The notes below the pieces were generated by a model, which was not told the origin of the DNA, did not search any database, and saw only the letters and a program-made list of their open reading frames with translations. This document shows, piece by piece, positions 49,578 to 59,363 of a stretch of 64,000 bases of DNA (position 1 is its first letter; each line of letters opens with the position of its first letter). Position numbers and translations under genes: made by a program. This stretch comes from Treponema sp. Its GTDB lineage: Bacteria; Spirochaetota; Spirochaetia; Treponematales; Treponemataceae. The stretch is from positions 7,470 through 71,469 of the forward strand of contig JAFZXA010000080.1 in NCBI GenBank assembly GCA_017617115.1, given 5' to 3'.

Positions 49578-50531
49578 ATGGTAACAATTAAAGAAGTATC
49601 AGACAAAATAAAAGCGTCTGTTTGTAAAGTTTTTAAAGGTAATGAAGAAATTGTAGACATGATTTTAGCTGCTGTTTTTGCAGGCGGTCATGTTCTTTTG
49701 GAAGATGTGCCTGGAACAGGAAAAACAGTTCTGGCAAAGGCTATTGCAAAATCAAGTGGTCTTAATTTTAGTCGTATTCAGTGTACACCAGACCTTATGC
49801 CAAGCGATGTAACAGGAAGTTCTGTATGGCTTCCTGCAAAATCGGAGTTTGAATTCCGTGCCGGTCCCGTAATGTCAAGCATTGTTCTTGTAGATGAATT
49901 AAACCGTGCAACACCAAGAACTCAGTCTGCGCTTCTTGAAGCAATGGCCGAAGGACAAGTTAGTGCCGACGGTAAAAAACACGAGCTTGATAAACCATTT
50001 TTTGTTATTGCTACCGAAAACCCTGTTGAAAGCGAAGGTACCTTCCCGCTGCCAGAAGCTCAGAAAGATCGATTTATGTTCTGTGTTTCAATCGGATACC
50101 CTTCTAAAAACGAAGAAGTTGAAATTATTACTGCCCAGCGATCACTTGTACACCCTGTTGAATCTGTTACTGCTGTTACAAGCAAAGAAGAAATACTTGG
50201 CTGTATGGAAGAAGCAGTAAATGTACATGTTGATGAAGCTGTTATGGAATATCTTTTGAATCTTGTAGATGCTACACGTAAGGATGATAATCTTGCGGCA
50301 GGCATTTCACCACGAGGTTCTATTGCGCTTTATAAGGCTGCTCAAAGCTATGCAGCAGTCCGTGGAAGAAATTATGTTACTCCCGAAGATGTTAAGCTGC
50401 TTGCCTTCCCATGTTTCCGTAAGCGATTGATTCTTAAAGGAGACGCAATTATTAAAGGCTTAACTGCTGAAACAATAATCCGTCAGCTTTTGGAACAGGT
50501 TCCAATTCCTGATTTTAAGGCACACGTTTAA
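49578..50531 (+). CDS. moxR: MoxR-family AAA+ ATPase
   Basis: GHVLLEDVPGTGKT, RIQCTPDLMPSDVTG, DELNR, EGTFPLPEAQ.DRF, SPRGS. Confidence 0.95.
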   Translation: MVTIKEVSDKIKASVCKVFKGNEEIVDMILAAVFAGGHVLLEDVPGTGKTVLAKAIAKSSGLNFSRIQCTPDLMPSDVTGSSVWLPAKSEFEFRAGPVMSSIVLVDELNRATPRTQSALLEAMAEGQVSADGKKHELDKPFFVIATENPVESEGTFPLPEAQKDRFMFCVSIGYPSKNEEVEIITAQRSLVHPVESVTAVTSKEEILGCMEEAVNVHVDEAVMEYLLNLVDATRKDDNLAAGISPRGSIALYKAAQSYAAVRGRNYVTPEDVKLLAFPCFRKRLILKGDAIIKGLTAETIIRQLLEQVPIPDFKAHV

Positions 50532-50551
50532 TAAACCGGAAAAATCAGTTT

Positions 50552-51634
50552 ATGATAAAGCCAGCAAAAGCCATAAGAACAACACTATATATTGCCGCCT
50601 TTGCCATTTTGTTTTTGCCATACAAATTCATTCAGGCAATTGCTATAAGCATTATTCTAATTTTTGCTGTAAGTTTTATTTGGGCAAAACAATTAGACAA
50701 ATACTTAAGCGTAGACCGTAATGTACGCGAAATTAAAACTGTTTCTTTTGAAAAGCTCACAATCAGTTTTACAATAAAAAATAAAAGCCGTTTTCCAGCC
50801 CTTTTATGTTATGTATTAGACAATGTTCCGTATCTTCATGTTTTTGACAAAGGAAATGAAAAGCTTTTCAGACTGCGTGGCTTTGAACAAAAATCTTTTT
50901 TTTATGAAGTAAATGCCTTAAACCGCGGACTTTATACTGCAGGACCAATTCTTATTAAAACAACAGATCCTCTTGGGCTTTTCCAAATAGTAAAGGAAAT
51001 TGAATGTACTCAAAAAATCCTTGTAAGACCGGCAAGAATCCAGCTTAAAACAATTCCTCTTCCTGGGCTCCCTCAGGGCAGTATAAAAATCAATAATCCT
51101 ATTTATGAAGATATTACAATGCGTCGTGCAATCCGCGAATATAAGGACGGCGATGAACTCAAAAGAATAAACTGGCGTGCAAGTGCAAAATTTGGCGCGC
51201 TTTTTACTAATGAATACGAAAACACTTTTGACGCTCCATTTTTTGTATTCTTAAACCTTGCCAAAGAAGATTATTCCTTAAATATGCGGCATGAAAAAGG
51301 AGAAAAAGCAATAGAAATTGCAGCAAGCATTATAAATATTGCGGCCCGTCTTAAACAACGCTGCGGCTTTGCGGCTTACGGATCAGGCTTTCCTTTTATT
51401 AAACCGGCACAAAATCAGGCAGACTGCATTTTAGATATTCTTTCGCTTATTCAAATGGAAGACGGCAAACTTGAATATGATCCTGAACAAAAACTTAAAC
51501 AGGAGCTTTCTAGCGGAACATTGCTTTTTATAATAGGCCCGGAACAAGTTGATTTGTATAACGATAAAATTGCAGCGCGTCAGTACGGAATTACAACAAA
51601 AACACTTGGAATTATGAAGGAGGTGCATAAATGA
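50552..51634 (+). CDS. DUF58 domain protein
   Basis: RGLY, DPLGLF, IREYKDGD.LKRINWRASA; follows moxR. Confidence 0.9.
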   Translation: MIKPAKAIRTTLYIAAFAILFLPYKFIQAIAISIILIFAVSFIWAKQLDKYLSVDRNVREIKTVSFEKLTISFTIKNKSRFPALLCYVLDNVPYLHVFDKGNEKLFRLRGFEQKSFFYEVNALNRGLYTAGPILIKTTDPLGLFQIVKEIECTQKILVRPARIQLKTIPLPGLPQGSIKINNPIYEDITMRRAIREYKDGDELKRINWRASAKFGALFTNEYENTFDAPFFVFLNLAKEDYSLNMRHEKGEKAIEIAASIINIAARLKQRCGFAAYGSGFPFIKPAQNQADCILDILSLIQMEDGKLEYDPEQKLKQELSSGTLLFIIGPEQVDLYNDKIAARQYGITTKTLGIMKEVHK

Positions 51635-53133
51635 GTCAGAAAGTTATAGAAAAAATGCAAATCTCCTACTTTCATAAGCTCGTTGAACGATTTTTGATTT
51701 TTGCTGTAATCAGTTCTTTTATTTTCTGCGTAATCAGTTTGTTACACGATATTGCTGCAGCAAACGATAAAGACATCATTTCCATCTATACATTTGCTTC
51801 TGTTTTAGTTACACAGCTTATTTCCTTTTTAGTCATTGCAATTTATTTTAATGAAAAATCAAAGACCTCAAATTTTATAAGATTTTTTGCTTTTTATCTT
51901 ATTGCAATAGCAGTAATTCTATTTTTTACATCACGATGGATAAGTGCTCCAATTGTTTTTCTGGCAACTGCAATTCAAACAATTCTTTACTTCAAAGTTT
52001 TTGAACCTTTTTTTGAGCATGACTGCTTTGAAGAACAATGTACTGCAAAAAATAATACTTCACTTCAAAAAGAACTTTATGATTATAATATGCATCTTAG
52101 CCAGTCGGCCATTGGTTACAGGCAGAATAGAACGATGTTTGTAATTCTTGGAGGAATACTTGCAATTCTTGCTGGACTTTGTATTGCTACAGAAATTACT
52201 CCATCTGTTTTTTCTATTTCTTTACTTTTGACTTATTTTATTTGCGCCGGCGCACATTTCTTTTTATATGCTTATTATGTACGCGAAGCAGCTTTTGCTT
52301 CGAACGGATTTTCAAATGTATTTGACTTTCGCCTTCGAACAATTAGAACAAGTGTAATAATATTTGCTTTGTGTTTTTTAGCAGGTATTCTTGTTTCGTC
52401 AAATCATTCACCATTAAAGCTTTATTATCTTTTATACTTTTTCAAACTATTTAAAGCAAAAGATGCAGCTCCAATACCACAAGCTCCTGAACCTGAATTT
52501 GATGAATATGAAAAACGCCTTGAAGAAATACGAGCTATGTCACAAGCCATGACAGATACAAATACAAAAGGTCGTGATATTTTTGCAATTTGCTGCGGAT
52601 TATTTTTTGTAATATCAATTGCATGGTTTTTCTTAAAGCCTTTTGTTTCAAAACACTTTTATAAACTGCTTAGAAATGTAGATTTAAAAGCCATTTTTAA
52701 ACGATTTTTTAAGAATATAAAGGTTCTCTTTAAGAATCTTTTTACAGCAAGAATAAAAAGACCATTAAAAACAAGCCAGAACTCCCGTCGTTTTATGAAC
52801 GAAATGGAAGAGCTTTTGCAAAAATCTAAAAAGTCAAAAGAAAAACGAGCCGAATTAGACAGGCTTTCGCGTGTTTTTGTAAAGCTGATTGACTGGGGCG
52901 AAGAACACAATATTGTGTACACTAAAAATCTGGCACCTGCAGAATATACAGCACTCTTTCACAACAAAAATGCAGACATTGCGGGGCTTTTATTTGAACA
53001 GGCACTTTACGCAAAAGAGCCGCTTACAAAACAACAGGAAGAGGATTTTAATAAGGCAGTAGAGTTAGTTTGTAATAGCGGCCCTTCGAGAGCCTCAGGG
53101 ACCACGATTTTTAATGACGAAGGGCCCCAATAA
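51631..53133 (+). CDS. polytopic membrane protein (possible DUF4129-like C-terminus)
   Basis: about 8-9 TMs, PAEY...LFEQALY; C-terminus partly encoded by a family-B repeat. Confidence 0.8.
   Translation: MSQKVIEKMQISYFHKLVERFLIFAVISSFIFCVISLLHDIAAANDKDIISIYTFASVLVTQLISFLVIAIYFNEKSKTSNFIRFFAFYLIAIAVILFFTSRWISAPIVFLATAIQTILYFKVFEPFFEHDCFEEQCTAKNNTSLQKELYDYNMHLSQSAIGYRQNRTMFVILGGILAILAGLCIATEITPSVFSISLLLTYFICAGAHFFLYAYYVREAAFASNGFSNVFDFRLRTIRTSVIIFALCFLAGILVSSNHSPLKLYYLLYFFKLFKAKDAAPIPQAPEPEFDEYEKRLEEIRAMSQAMTDTNTKGRDIFAICCGLFFVISIAWFFLKPFVSKHFYKLLRNVDLKAIFKRFFKNIKVLFKNLFTARIKRPLKTSQNSRRFMNEMEELLQKSKKSKEKRAELDRLSRVFVKLIDWGEEHNIVYTKNLAPAEYTALFHNKNADIAGLLFEQALYAKEPLTKQQEEDFNKAVELVCNSGPSRASGTTIFNDEGPQ
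53082..53126. repeat. family-B element plus relic second arm at CDS 3' end
   Basis: 53082-53103 identical to 44724-44745; CGAAGGGCC at 53118-53126 complements GGCCCTTCG. Confidence 0.88.
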
Positions 53134-54332
53134 TGCGCATAATTTTCTACAGTTCCAACTCCAACTATTATGAACCCTCCTCTTTTATAAACACAACTTA
53201 CCCGAGTTTTGACGAATTATGGGTCGATTTTTGTAGTTCTAATAAGGAACACCAGTTTTTTACAGTCTCACAACAGCCTGCAATGTTCATGCCTTCCAGC
53301 ACAATCATAATTGAAAGCTATGACACAAAAGAATTTTCTCAAAAAATCCTTGAATTAAAGCCCGATCTTGCAATTGCCGCAAGCTTTTGGATTACACCCT
53401 ACGACTGGCTTCCACTTAAAGATTCTTTTATTGCCGATGAGCTTAGAAAAGCAGGAGTTCGAACTATATGCCACAGTAAAGAAACATCCCTCTTGTGTTT
53501 TGACAAATACAGAACTGTTGCTTTTTTTGAAGCACATGCCTTTAATCATGCACCCGGCCTTTTTGTAGACCACGACCTTTTTTTCTGTGCCGGAAATCAG
53601 ACAGAAGTTTGCGATAACGTTTATAAAGAAAGTGTTTACCGTCAGCTTAAAGAAATGGAATATCCTCTCATTATTAAAAATCCTGTTGGCTTAAGCTCTT
53701 ACGGAATGACAGTAGTTAATTCTTACAGTGAAGCCTACGGATATTTGAATTCCAAAAAGAACAACTCAAACAGACTCATAGAAAAGTTTTTACAGGGCGA
53801 ACAGTTTGGTACCGAAATTTATGGTCATGACGGAAATTATACAGTCATGCCACCTTTCCGCCTGAGCGTAAATCAATATGGAATAACAAGTCCAAAGCTC
53901 TGTGAAAAAACAGGACCGGTTGAAGATTTTGAATACAAAACTGATGAGCTTAAAAAAGAATTACTCCGGCTTTCAAAGGCGCTGAATCTTAATGGTTATG
54001 CCCAAGTTGACCTGATTTTCAGCCAGGGAAAATGGTACATAATTGAAATTAATCCACGCTTGAGCGGTATGACAACAACTTATGCTGCTGCGGCTGGAAT
54101 GAATTTTTATGAATATATTTTTCGTGCAGTAACTGATAATTTTGAAAATGTAAAATTAAAGCCTGTAATAAATAAAAAGATTCCTTTACAGTCGCCGGAA
54201 GAACTTGAAAAGCTTTCGCAAAAAGATGATGTGCTGTTTATTTCACAGATTGAAAATAAAGTAGCAAAACAGGAACGGGAGCGAGGGTTCTGCGAAGTTA
54301 TCTTCCATGCAGTCGTTTCTCAACCTTCTTAA
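53133..54332 (+). CDS. ATP-grasp domain protein
   Basis: DKY, YPLIIK...G.SS.G, LIEKFLQG, IIEINPRLSG. Confidence 0.88.
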   Translation: MRIIFYSSNSNYYEPSSFINTTYPSFDELWVDFCSSNKEHQFFTVSQQPAMFMPSSTIIIESYDTKEFSQKILELKPDLAIAASFWITPYDWLPLKDSFIADELRKAGVRTICHSKETSLLCFDKYRTVAFFEAHAFNHAPGLFVDHDLFFCAGNQTEVCDNVYKESVYRQLKEMEYPLIIKNPVGLSSYGMTVVNSYSEAYGYLNSKKNNSNRLIEKFLQGEQFGTEIYGHDGNYTVMPPFRLSVNQYGITSPKLCEKTGPVEDFEYKTDELKKELLRLSKALNLNGYAQVDLIFSQGKWYIIEINPRLSGMTTTYAAAAGMNFYEYIFRAVTDNFENVKLKPVINKKIPLQSPEELEKLSQKDDVLFISQIENKVAKQERERGFCEVIFHAVVSQPS

Positions 54333-55449
54333 ACCAGAATGCCCTTAATCCTTCTGCAAAACTGTACAGCTTATAAGTAAATGGTTTCAACGGCATATCC
54401 CAGCTGCCAATGCGGTGAATTATGCGGCCGCCAAAGTTTGCCTTGAACATGTAAAGGCCATGCATAGGATGGTTTTCGTCCTCTCCTTCCGGCGGCATTC
54501 CGTACATGTCGTAATATTTTGAACCGTAAGCTTTTGCATCTTTCATAGCAGTCCACTGTAAAAGGTGATTTGGCATAAGATTACGCTTTTTATTGCTGCT
54601 TGCACCATATAAATAAATTGCTTCATCGTGACTGAACAAAGTCATTATAGCGGCAATTTCTTCACCTTCATGCTCAGCTATATAAAGTGAAATAAGCGGC
54701 ACATCTTTTCCCGCATCAATTTCGTGGGCAGATGACTTTATTAAATCTAAATAATAATCTTTTGCATGACTTGAGTTTCCATCGCGGGCATTTGTTTCTT
54801 TTGTCAGTTCATAAAATTTGTCTATTTTTTCTGACAAGTTAACACTTTTTCCAGTATATTTTTTTACTTCAACACCCTTTTTTGCACTAAGCCGTATATT
54901 ATAACGCCACTTAGAATGCATGTGTTCCATAATCTCATCTTCGGTTCCGGTTAAATCAACAAGCGTAGTATCAGGCGGCTGAATATCAACTCTGTTTTTT
55001 CTTAGTCCAAGCTTATCGGCAAAACTGACAATTTTAAGGCCCTTGTTATAAGCATAGCATTCATATAAATCATCAAAGCTAACGTCAGGATCAAAACGAA
55101 TTGCAATTGTATTTGAAGGAAGCTCTGGTTTTAAGGCAAGCGCAATGTCATGTAAAAAAGCACCAAACTCAATTGTCTGGTCATTTGCACTAACTTCTTT
55201 TGTATCAAATGGCAGCGCAGGGAACAAAGGAATATAGGCAATTGAAAATCGTCCGCCTGCAAAAGAACGGTTTAATACAGAAACTTCGTAATCATTCTGT
55301 ACGCCTTCGTATTCAATATCAAGTCTAAATCTTTGATATGTCCATCCATGTCTTGATTTAAATTCACACCAGAAAGGAGTCTGTAAGAAACTTCCGTCAT
55401 TTGTATGTTTTGTGGAGTCAATTTTTTGTACTGTAATCTTGAACATCAT
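54298..55449 (-). CDS. FemAB/FemX-family peptidoglycan peptidyltransferase
   Basis: FLQT..W, IRFDP, QP..T.LVDL, RYNIR, YLYGAS, PNHLLQW, YDMYG, GLYMFK..FGG. Confidence 0.92.
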   Translation of the reverse strand: MMFKITVQKIDSTKHTNDGSFLQTPFWCEFKSRHGWTYQRFRLDIEYEGVQNDYEVSVLNRSFAGGRFSIAYIPLFPALPFDTKEVSANDQTIEFGAFLHDIALALKPELPSNTIAIRFDPDVSFDDLYECYAYNKGLKIVSFADKLGLRKNRVDIQPPDTTLVDLTGTEDEIMEHMHSKWRYNIRLSAKKGVEVKKYTGKSVNLSEKIDKFYELTKETNARDGNSSHAKDYYLDLIKSSAHEIDAGKDVPLISLYIAEHEGEEIAAIMTLFSHDEAIYLYGASSNKKRNLMPNHLLQWTAMKDAKAYGSKYYDMYGMPPEGEDENHPMHGLYMFKANFGGRIIHRIGSWDMPLKPFTYKLYSFAEGLRAFWFKKVEKRLHGR

Positions 55450-56816
55450 TATTCCTCAATTGAACTGTCGGAATATGTATTTGCAATTTCTATAAGCTTA
55501 TTTTTTATTTTAAGGAATTCTACTACAAGCTCAGGATCAAAATGTTTTCCGCTTTCATTATCAATTATTCTAAAGGCTTCATCAAAAGAAACCGTTTTTT
55601 TATAGCAGCGAGGAGAAACAAGTGCATCAAAAACATCGGCCAATGCAACAATTCTTGCACATAATGGAATTTGTTTACCTTTAAGTTTTTCAGGATAACC
55701 GCTTCCATCCCAATGTTCATGATGACTCTTACAAATATCATAAGCCATATTTATAAATTCGCGTTCAAATCCAACAGAAAGAACAGAATTAATCATATTA
55801 CTGCCGGCCAGAGCATGTTCTTTAATTTTATCATATTCTTCAGGTGTAACTTTTGAAGGCTTTACAAGAATTGGATGAGGAATTGTAATATTACCAATAT
55901 CATGAAGCGCCGAAGTTTTTTCAAGCATTTTTATAAATGTTTCGTTTATTGTATCTGTATATAGTCCATTTTTTTTACAGGTATTTGCAATCAGTTTTGA
56001 ATACAAAGTAATTCTTTTTGTATGATTACTTCCTGGTTCATCAGTTTCAATAAGATTTGCAAGATTTATAATTGTATTACTAAGCAGATTTGTTTTTTTA
56101 TTATCAAGGACATTTAACTGTTCTTCTGTTGTATTGAGCTTAGTTTTAAGCCGCTGATTCATATTTATGTAAATAATAAAGAATGATATTGTCAGACCAA
56201 GATTATTTAGTGCAATTCCATAATTTGCAATTTGAATAATCTGAGCTATAAACGGACAGAATATAAACGAAGCAAAGCCAATGTTTTCGGCATTAGAAAG
56301 TTTTTTGTGATGTTTTAAAACAACGAACAGTGCTTCAAGATAAAGAATTGCTTCAATTGCTACAGAAATAATAAACAGATTTCCACGGTGATATACATTA
56401 TCTGGTGAAATGTAATAATAAATATTTATGAACGGACAAAGGCAGGTGAATATTTCATAAACAATTATCATTACAACACAGAAAATCCACCATTTATTAC
56501 TTAGTTTTTCATAGCCGTTATAATATTCAATAATGTAGCGGATATAAAAAAGAAATATTAAAATGCCTGAAAGATAAAAAAGAAAGCTTGAAACAGGAAG
56601 AACAACAAGCTTCCAGGCAGCATCGGTGCCTTCGCTAACCCACATTATAAGGTCAGTAAGACCATAAAACATTGCAGCTATGTTTGTAAACGCAAACCAC
56701 TTTGCCGACTTTTCAATCTGTTTAATTGAAAAAATTGAGATAACAATTATCAAAGAGATTAAAATACTGTAGCCGTCAAGAGTGACGTTTATTGCGTTTA
56801 ATATGTCTCTGTTCAT
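55449..56816 (-). CDS. membrane-bound HD-GYP phosphodiesterase
   Basis: about 7 N-terminal TMs; LHDIG, HHEHWDGSGYP, ADVFDAL, HFDP. Confidence 0.9.
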   Translation of the reverse strand: MNRDILNAINVTLDGYSILISLIIVISIFSIKQIEKSAKWFAFTNIAAMFYGLTDLIMWVSEGTDAAWKLVVLPVSSFLFYLSGILIFLFYIRYIIEYYNGYEKLSNKWWIFCVVMIIVYEIFTCLCPFINIYYYISPDNVYHRGNLFIISVAIEAILYLEALFVVLKHHKKLSNAENIGFASFIFCPFIAQIIQIANYGIALNNLGLTISFFIIYINMNQRLKTKLNTTEEQLNVLDNKKTNLLSNTIINLANLIETDEPGSNHTKRITLYSKLIANTCKKNGLYTDTINETFIKMLEKTSALHDIGNITIPHPILVKPSKVTPEEYDKIKEHALAGSNMINSVLSVGFEREFINMAYDICKSHHEHWDGSGYPEKLKGKQIPLCARIVALADVFDALVSPRCYKKTVSFDEAFRIIDNESGKHFDPELVVEFLKIKNKLIEIANTYSDSSIEE

Positions 56817-59125
56817 TAACCTATGTCGCTATTTAATGCTTTAATTGTACCAACTTCTTTGCCATTTGCAAGTAAATTCTTTCCTGCAATCTGCACTTTT
56901 CCGTTTACTGCTTTGATTTGTACGCTAAAGAATTCATCTATGTTAATCTGCTCTTTTTTAGCGGCTGCAGGGTCTGCACCTTCAAGAACTACCTTTGTGC
57001 CAGGTTCTGCCCATCCTGCGTCAAGAACTTCTACACATTCTTTGCCGTTTTCATCCTTATAGTCTCCGGCCAGCAGCATACCGCGGCTTTCAATTCCGCG
57101 CATAGTGCGTGGTGCAAGGTTTGCAGCAATGATAACGTGCTTGTTTAAAAGTTCTTCCTCTTTAAGATACATTCTGAGTCCCGACTGAATTGTACGAGGT
57201 GTACCGCTTCCATCGTCGAGAGTTTCTATGTAAAGCTTTTCTCCTTCAGGATTTGGCTTTATGTCTACAATTTTTGCAACTGTAAGTTCGATATTTGCGT
57301 TGAAAAAATCGGCCTGTTTTTCCAAAGGAAGTGGCTCTGGTTCTGCGTGTGCTTTCTTTTCCTGTTTTTTAGCTTCTTTTGCGGCTTCTTTCTGCTGCTT
57401 ACCGCTGAACTTTTCGCGGAATGCAAGCATAGTTTTCTGGTCAAGCGGCTTAAAGAATACTTCGGTTGGTCCAACAGTTGTAAGGCCTTCTGTAACTCCA
57501 AGGTCATTCCAGTTAAGGCCAGGCTTAGTTTCCATTCCAACCTTCTTTTCTTCAATTGACTTTCCAAAGTAGCTCATGATTTTCTGAGTATATTCCGGCA
57601 TGTAAGGGTTCATCATAATCATAAGGTCTTTGATTACATAACAAAGGTTGTGAATAAGACTTTCGGCAACTGCAGGGTTTTCTATTCTGGCTTTCCAAGG
57701 TTCTGTTGCCTGGAACTTTTTATTGCAGATATCAGAAATTTCAAACATTGTATGGAAGGCATCTTTAAGCTCTGCCCATTCAAGATAGTCTGTAGCTTTC
57801 TTTTCAAGGTCGCGTACCTGAGTCCAAAGCTCTTCGTCTACAGGAGCATCCGGGATTTTTCCTTCGTAGTATTTATTTACAAACAAAAGTGTGCGGTTTA
57901 CAAGGTTTCCAAGGTTTCCGATAAGCTCGCCGTTGAGTTTTTCCATAAAGTCTTTCCAGGTAAACTGGTAATCCTGCTTTTCAGGACGGTTATAGAAAAT
58001 GTAGAAACGCCAGGCGTCGGCAGGAATACCTGTTTCTATTGCGTCGCTTCCAAAAACTCCGATTCCCATACTCTTAGAGAATTTTCCGTCTTCGTAATTT
58101 AAGAATTCTGTAGAAGACATGTGGTGAAGTTTTGTCCAGTTGTGAGGACTTCCCAAAAGTGTGCAAGGGAAAACAACTGTGTGGAACGGAATGTTGTCCT
58201 TACCGATAAACTGGAACAAGTCTACTTTTTCTTTGCCTTTAGCCTCTTCCGACTCACTTGGCAGCCACCAGCTCTTCCAGTCAAAAGTTCCGCGTCCTGA
58301 TTTTTCAAGTTCATCAGCAAGCTGTTTTGTAATAGAAAGATATCCGATTGGTGCATTGAACCAAACGTAGAATACTTTATTTTCATAACCAGGCTTTGGA
58401 ACAGGAATACCCCATTTAAGGTCGCGTGTAATTGCGCGTTCCTGAAGTCCGTCTCTGATCCATGCCTTTGTCATGTTGATAGCATTATCAGACCACTTTC
58501 CTTCTACACTAGCCTTTTCCATCCATTCGTTGAGCTTTCCGCTGAGTGATGGAAGGTCAATATAAAGATGCTTTGTCTCACGAACCTCTGGAGTTGAACC
58601 ACAGGTATGACAGTGAGGCTCTTTAAGTTCAATCGGGTCAAGAAGTGAACCACACTTATCACACTGATCGCCGCGTGCTTTTTCATAACCGCATTTTGGA
58701 CAGGTTCCGTCTACATAGCGGTCTGCAAGGAACATATCACAGTGAGGACAATAAAGCTGCTTGTTTACATGCTCTTTAATAAGCCCTGCAGCATCAAGGT
58801 CGTTGAATAACCCCTGTGTGATTTCTGTACACTGAGGATTAGAAGTGCGTCCAAACTTATCAAAGTTAATGTTGAACCACTTATAGATTTTTGTATGTTC
58901 CTGATAATAATGATTACAAAGTGAACGAGGATCTTTTTTTTCTTCAAGAGCCTTAGTTTCTGTAGCAGTTCCGTATTCATCAACCCCGCAAACATAAAGT
59001 GTGTCATAACCGCGGCTACGGCAGAAACGAGCAAAAACATCTCCCGAAAGTGACTGAATTATATTTCCTAAATGTGGAATATTATTAACATATGGTAAAG
59101 CAGCAGTGATAAGTCTTCTGTTCAT
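56816..59125 (-). CDS. metG: methionine--tRNA ligase with C-terminal tRNA-binding domain
   Basis: ALPYVN..PHLGN, zinc-knuckle CxxC motifs, YVWF, GKDN, KFSKS, C-terminal OB domain. Confidence 0.97.
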   Translation of the reverse strand: MNRRLITAALPYVNNIPHLGNIIQSLSGDVFARFCRSRGYDTLYVCGVDEYGTATETKALEEKKDPRSLCNHYYQEHTKIYKWFNINFDKFGRTSNPQCTEITQGLFNDLDAAGLIKEHVNKQLYCPHCDMFLADRYVDGTCPKCGYEKARGDQCDKCGSLLDPIELKEPHCHTCGSTPEVRETKHLYIDLPSLSGKLNEWMEKASVEGKWSDNAINMTKAWIRDGLQERAITRDLKWGIPVPKPGYENKVFYVWFNAPIGYLSITKQLADELEKSGRGTFDWKSWWLPSESEEAKGKEKVDLFQFIGKDNIPFHTVVFPCTLLGSPHNWTKLHHMSSTEFLNYEDGKFSKSMGIGVFGSDAIETGIPADAWRFYIFYNRPEKQDYQFTWKDFMEKLNGELIGNLGNLVNRTLLFVNKYYEGKIPDAPVDEELWTQVRDLEKKATDYLEWAELKDAFHTMFEISDICNKKFQATEPWKARIENPAVAESLIHNLCYVIKDLMIMMNPYMPEYTQKIMSYFGKSIEEKKVGMETKPGLNWNDLGVTEGLTTVGPTEVFFKPLDQKTMLAFREKFSGKQQKEAAKEAKKQEKKAHAEPEPLPLEKQADFFNANIELTVAKIVDIKPNPEGEKLYIETLDDGSGTPRTIQSGLRMYLKEEELLNKHVIIAANLAPRTMRGIESRGMLLAGDYKDENGKECVEVLDAGWAEPGTKVVLEGADPAAAKKEQINIDEFFSVQIKAVNGKVQIAGKNLLANGKEVGTIKALNSDIG

Positions 59126-59213
59126 TTTTGATTCCTTTATAAAATTGTGATAATATTTCTATAATATAACAAAAATCTGAGGTTGATACAATAAACATTA
59201 ATAAAACCAGTTC

Positions 59214-59302
59214 TGAAAAATGCGGAGCGAGGGTTCTGTCTTTGCGGAACGCCCTCTTCGTCTAGTGGAGCAAAGACAGGTTCCTCGCGTAAGCATTTTT
59301 CA
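59214..59302. repeat. family-C intergenic multi-stem hairpin, copy 2
   Basis: TGAAAAATGC/GCATTTTTCA, GCGAGG/CCTCGC, CTGTCTTTGC/GCAAAGACAG stems; loop contains CCCTCTTCGTC. Confidence 0.75.
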
Positions 59303-59326
59303 TCTCCTGATTCGTTTAATTTTTTA

Positions 59327-59355
59327 ATGACAATCCACATTTTGTCGTGTATAAT
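59327..59355 (+). promoter_or_regulatory. sigma70 promoter of the MCP gene (probably leaderless)
   Basis: ATGACA, 17 nt, TATAAT (59350-59355), 8 nt before ATG; no SD. Confidence 0.6.
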
Positions 59356-59363
59356 AAAATATT

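Noticed and set aside
54278-54292. 15-nt identity GGAGCGAGGGTTCTG with 59224-59238 (family-C hairpin)
   Set aside because: No complementary arm or conserved loop nearby; it encodes ERGFC in a plausible protein C-terminus and may be chance.
23107-56816. c-di-GMP system formed by the EAL, PilZ and HD-GYP genes
   Set aside because: The genes are tens of kb apart in unrelated operons, and such genes are common in treponemes.
59137-59340. 67-aa ORF upstream of metG, or a T-box/SAM riboswitch there
   Set aside because: The ORF runs through the family-C hairpin without an SD; no T-box or SAM-I consensus is visible.
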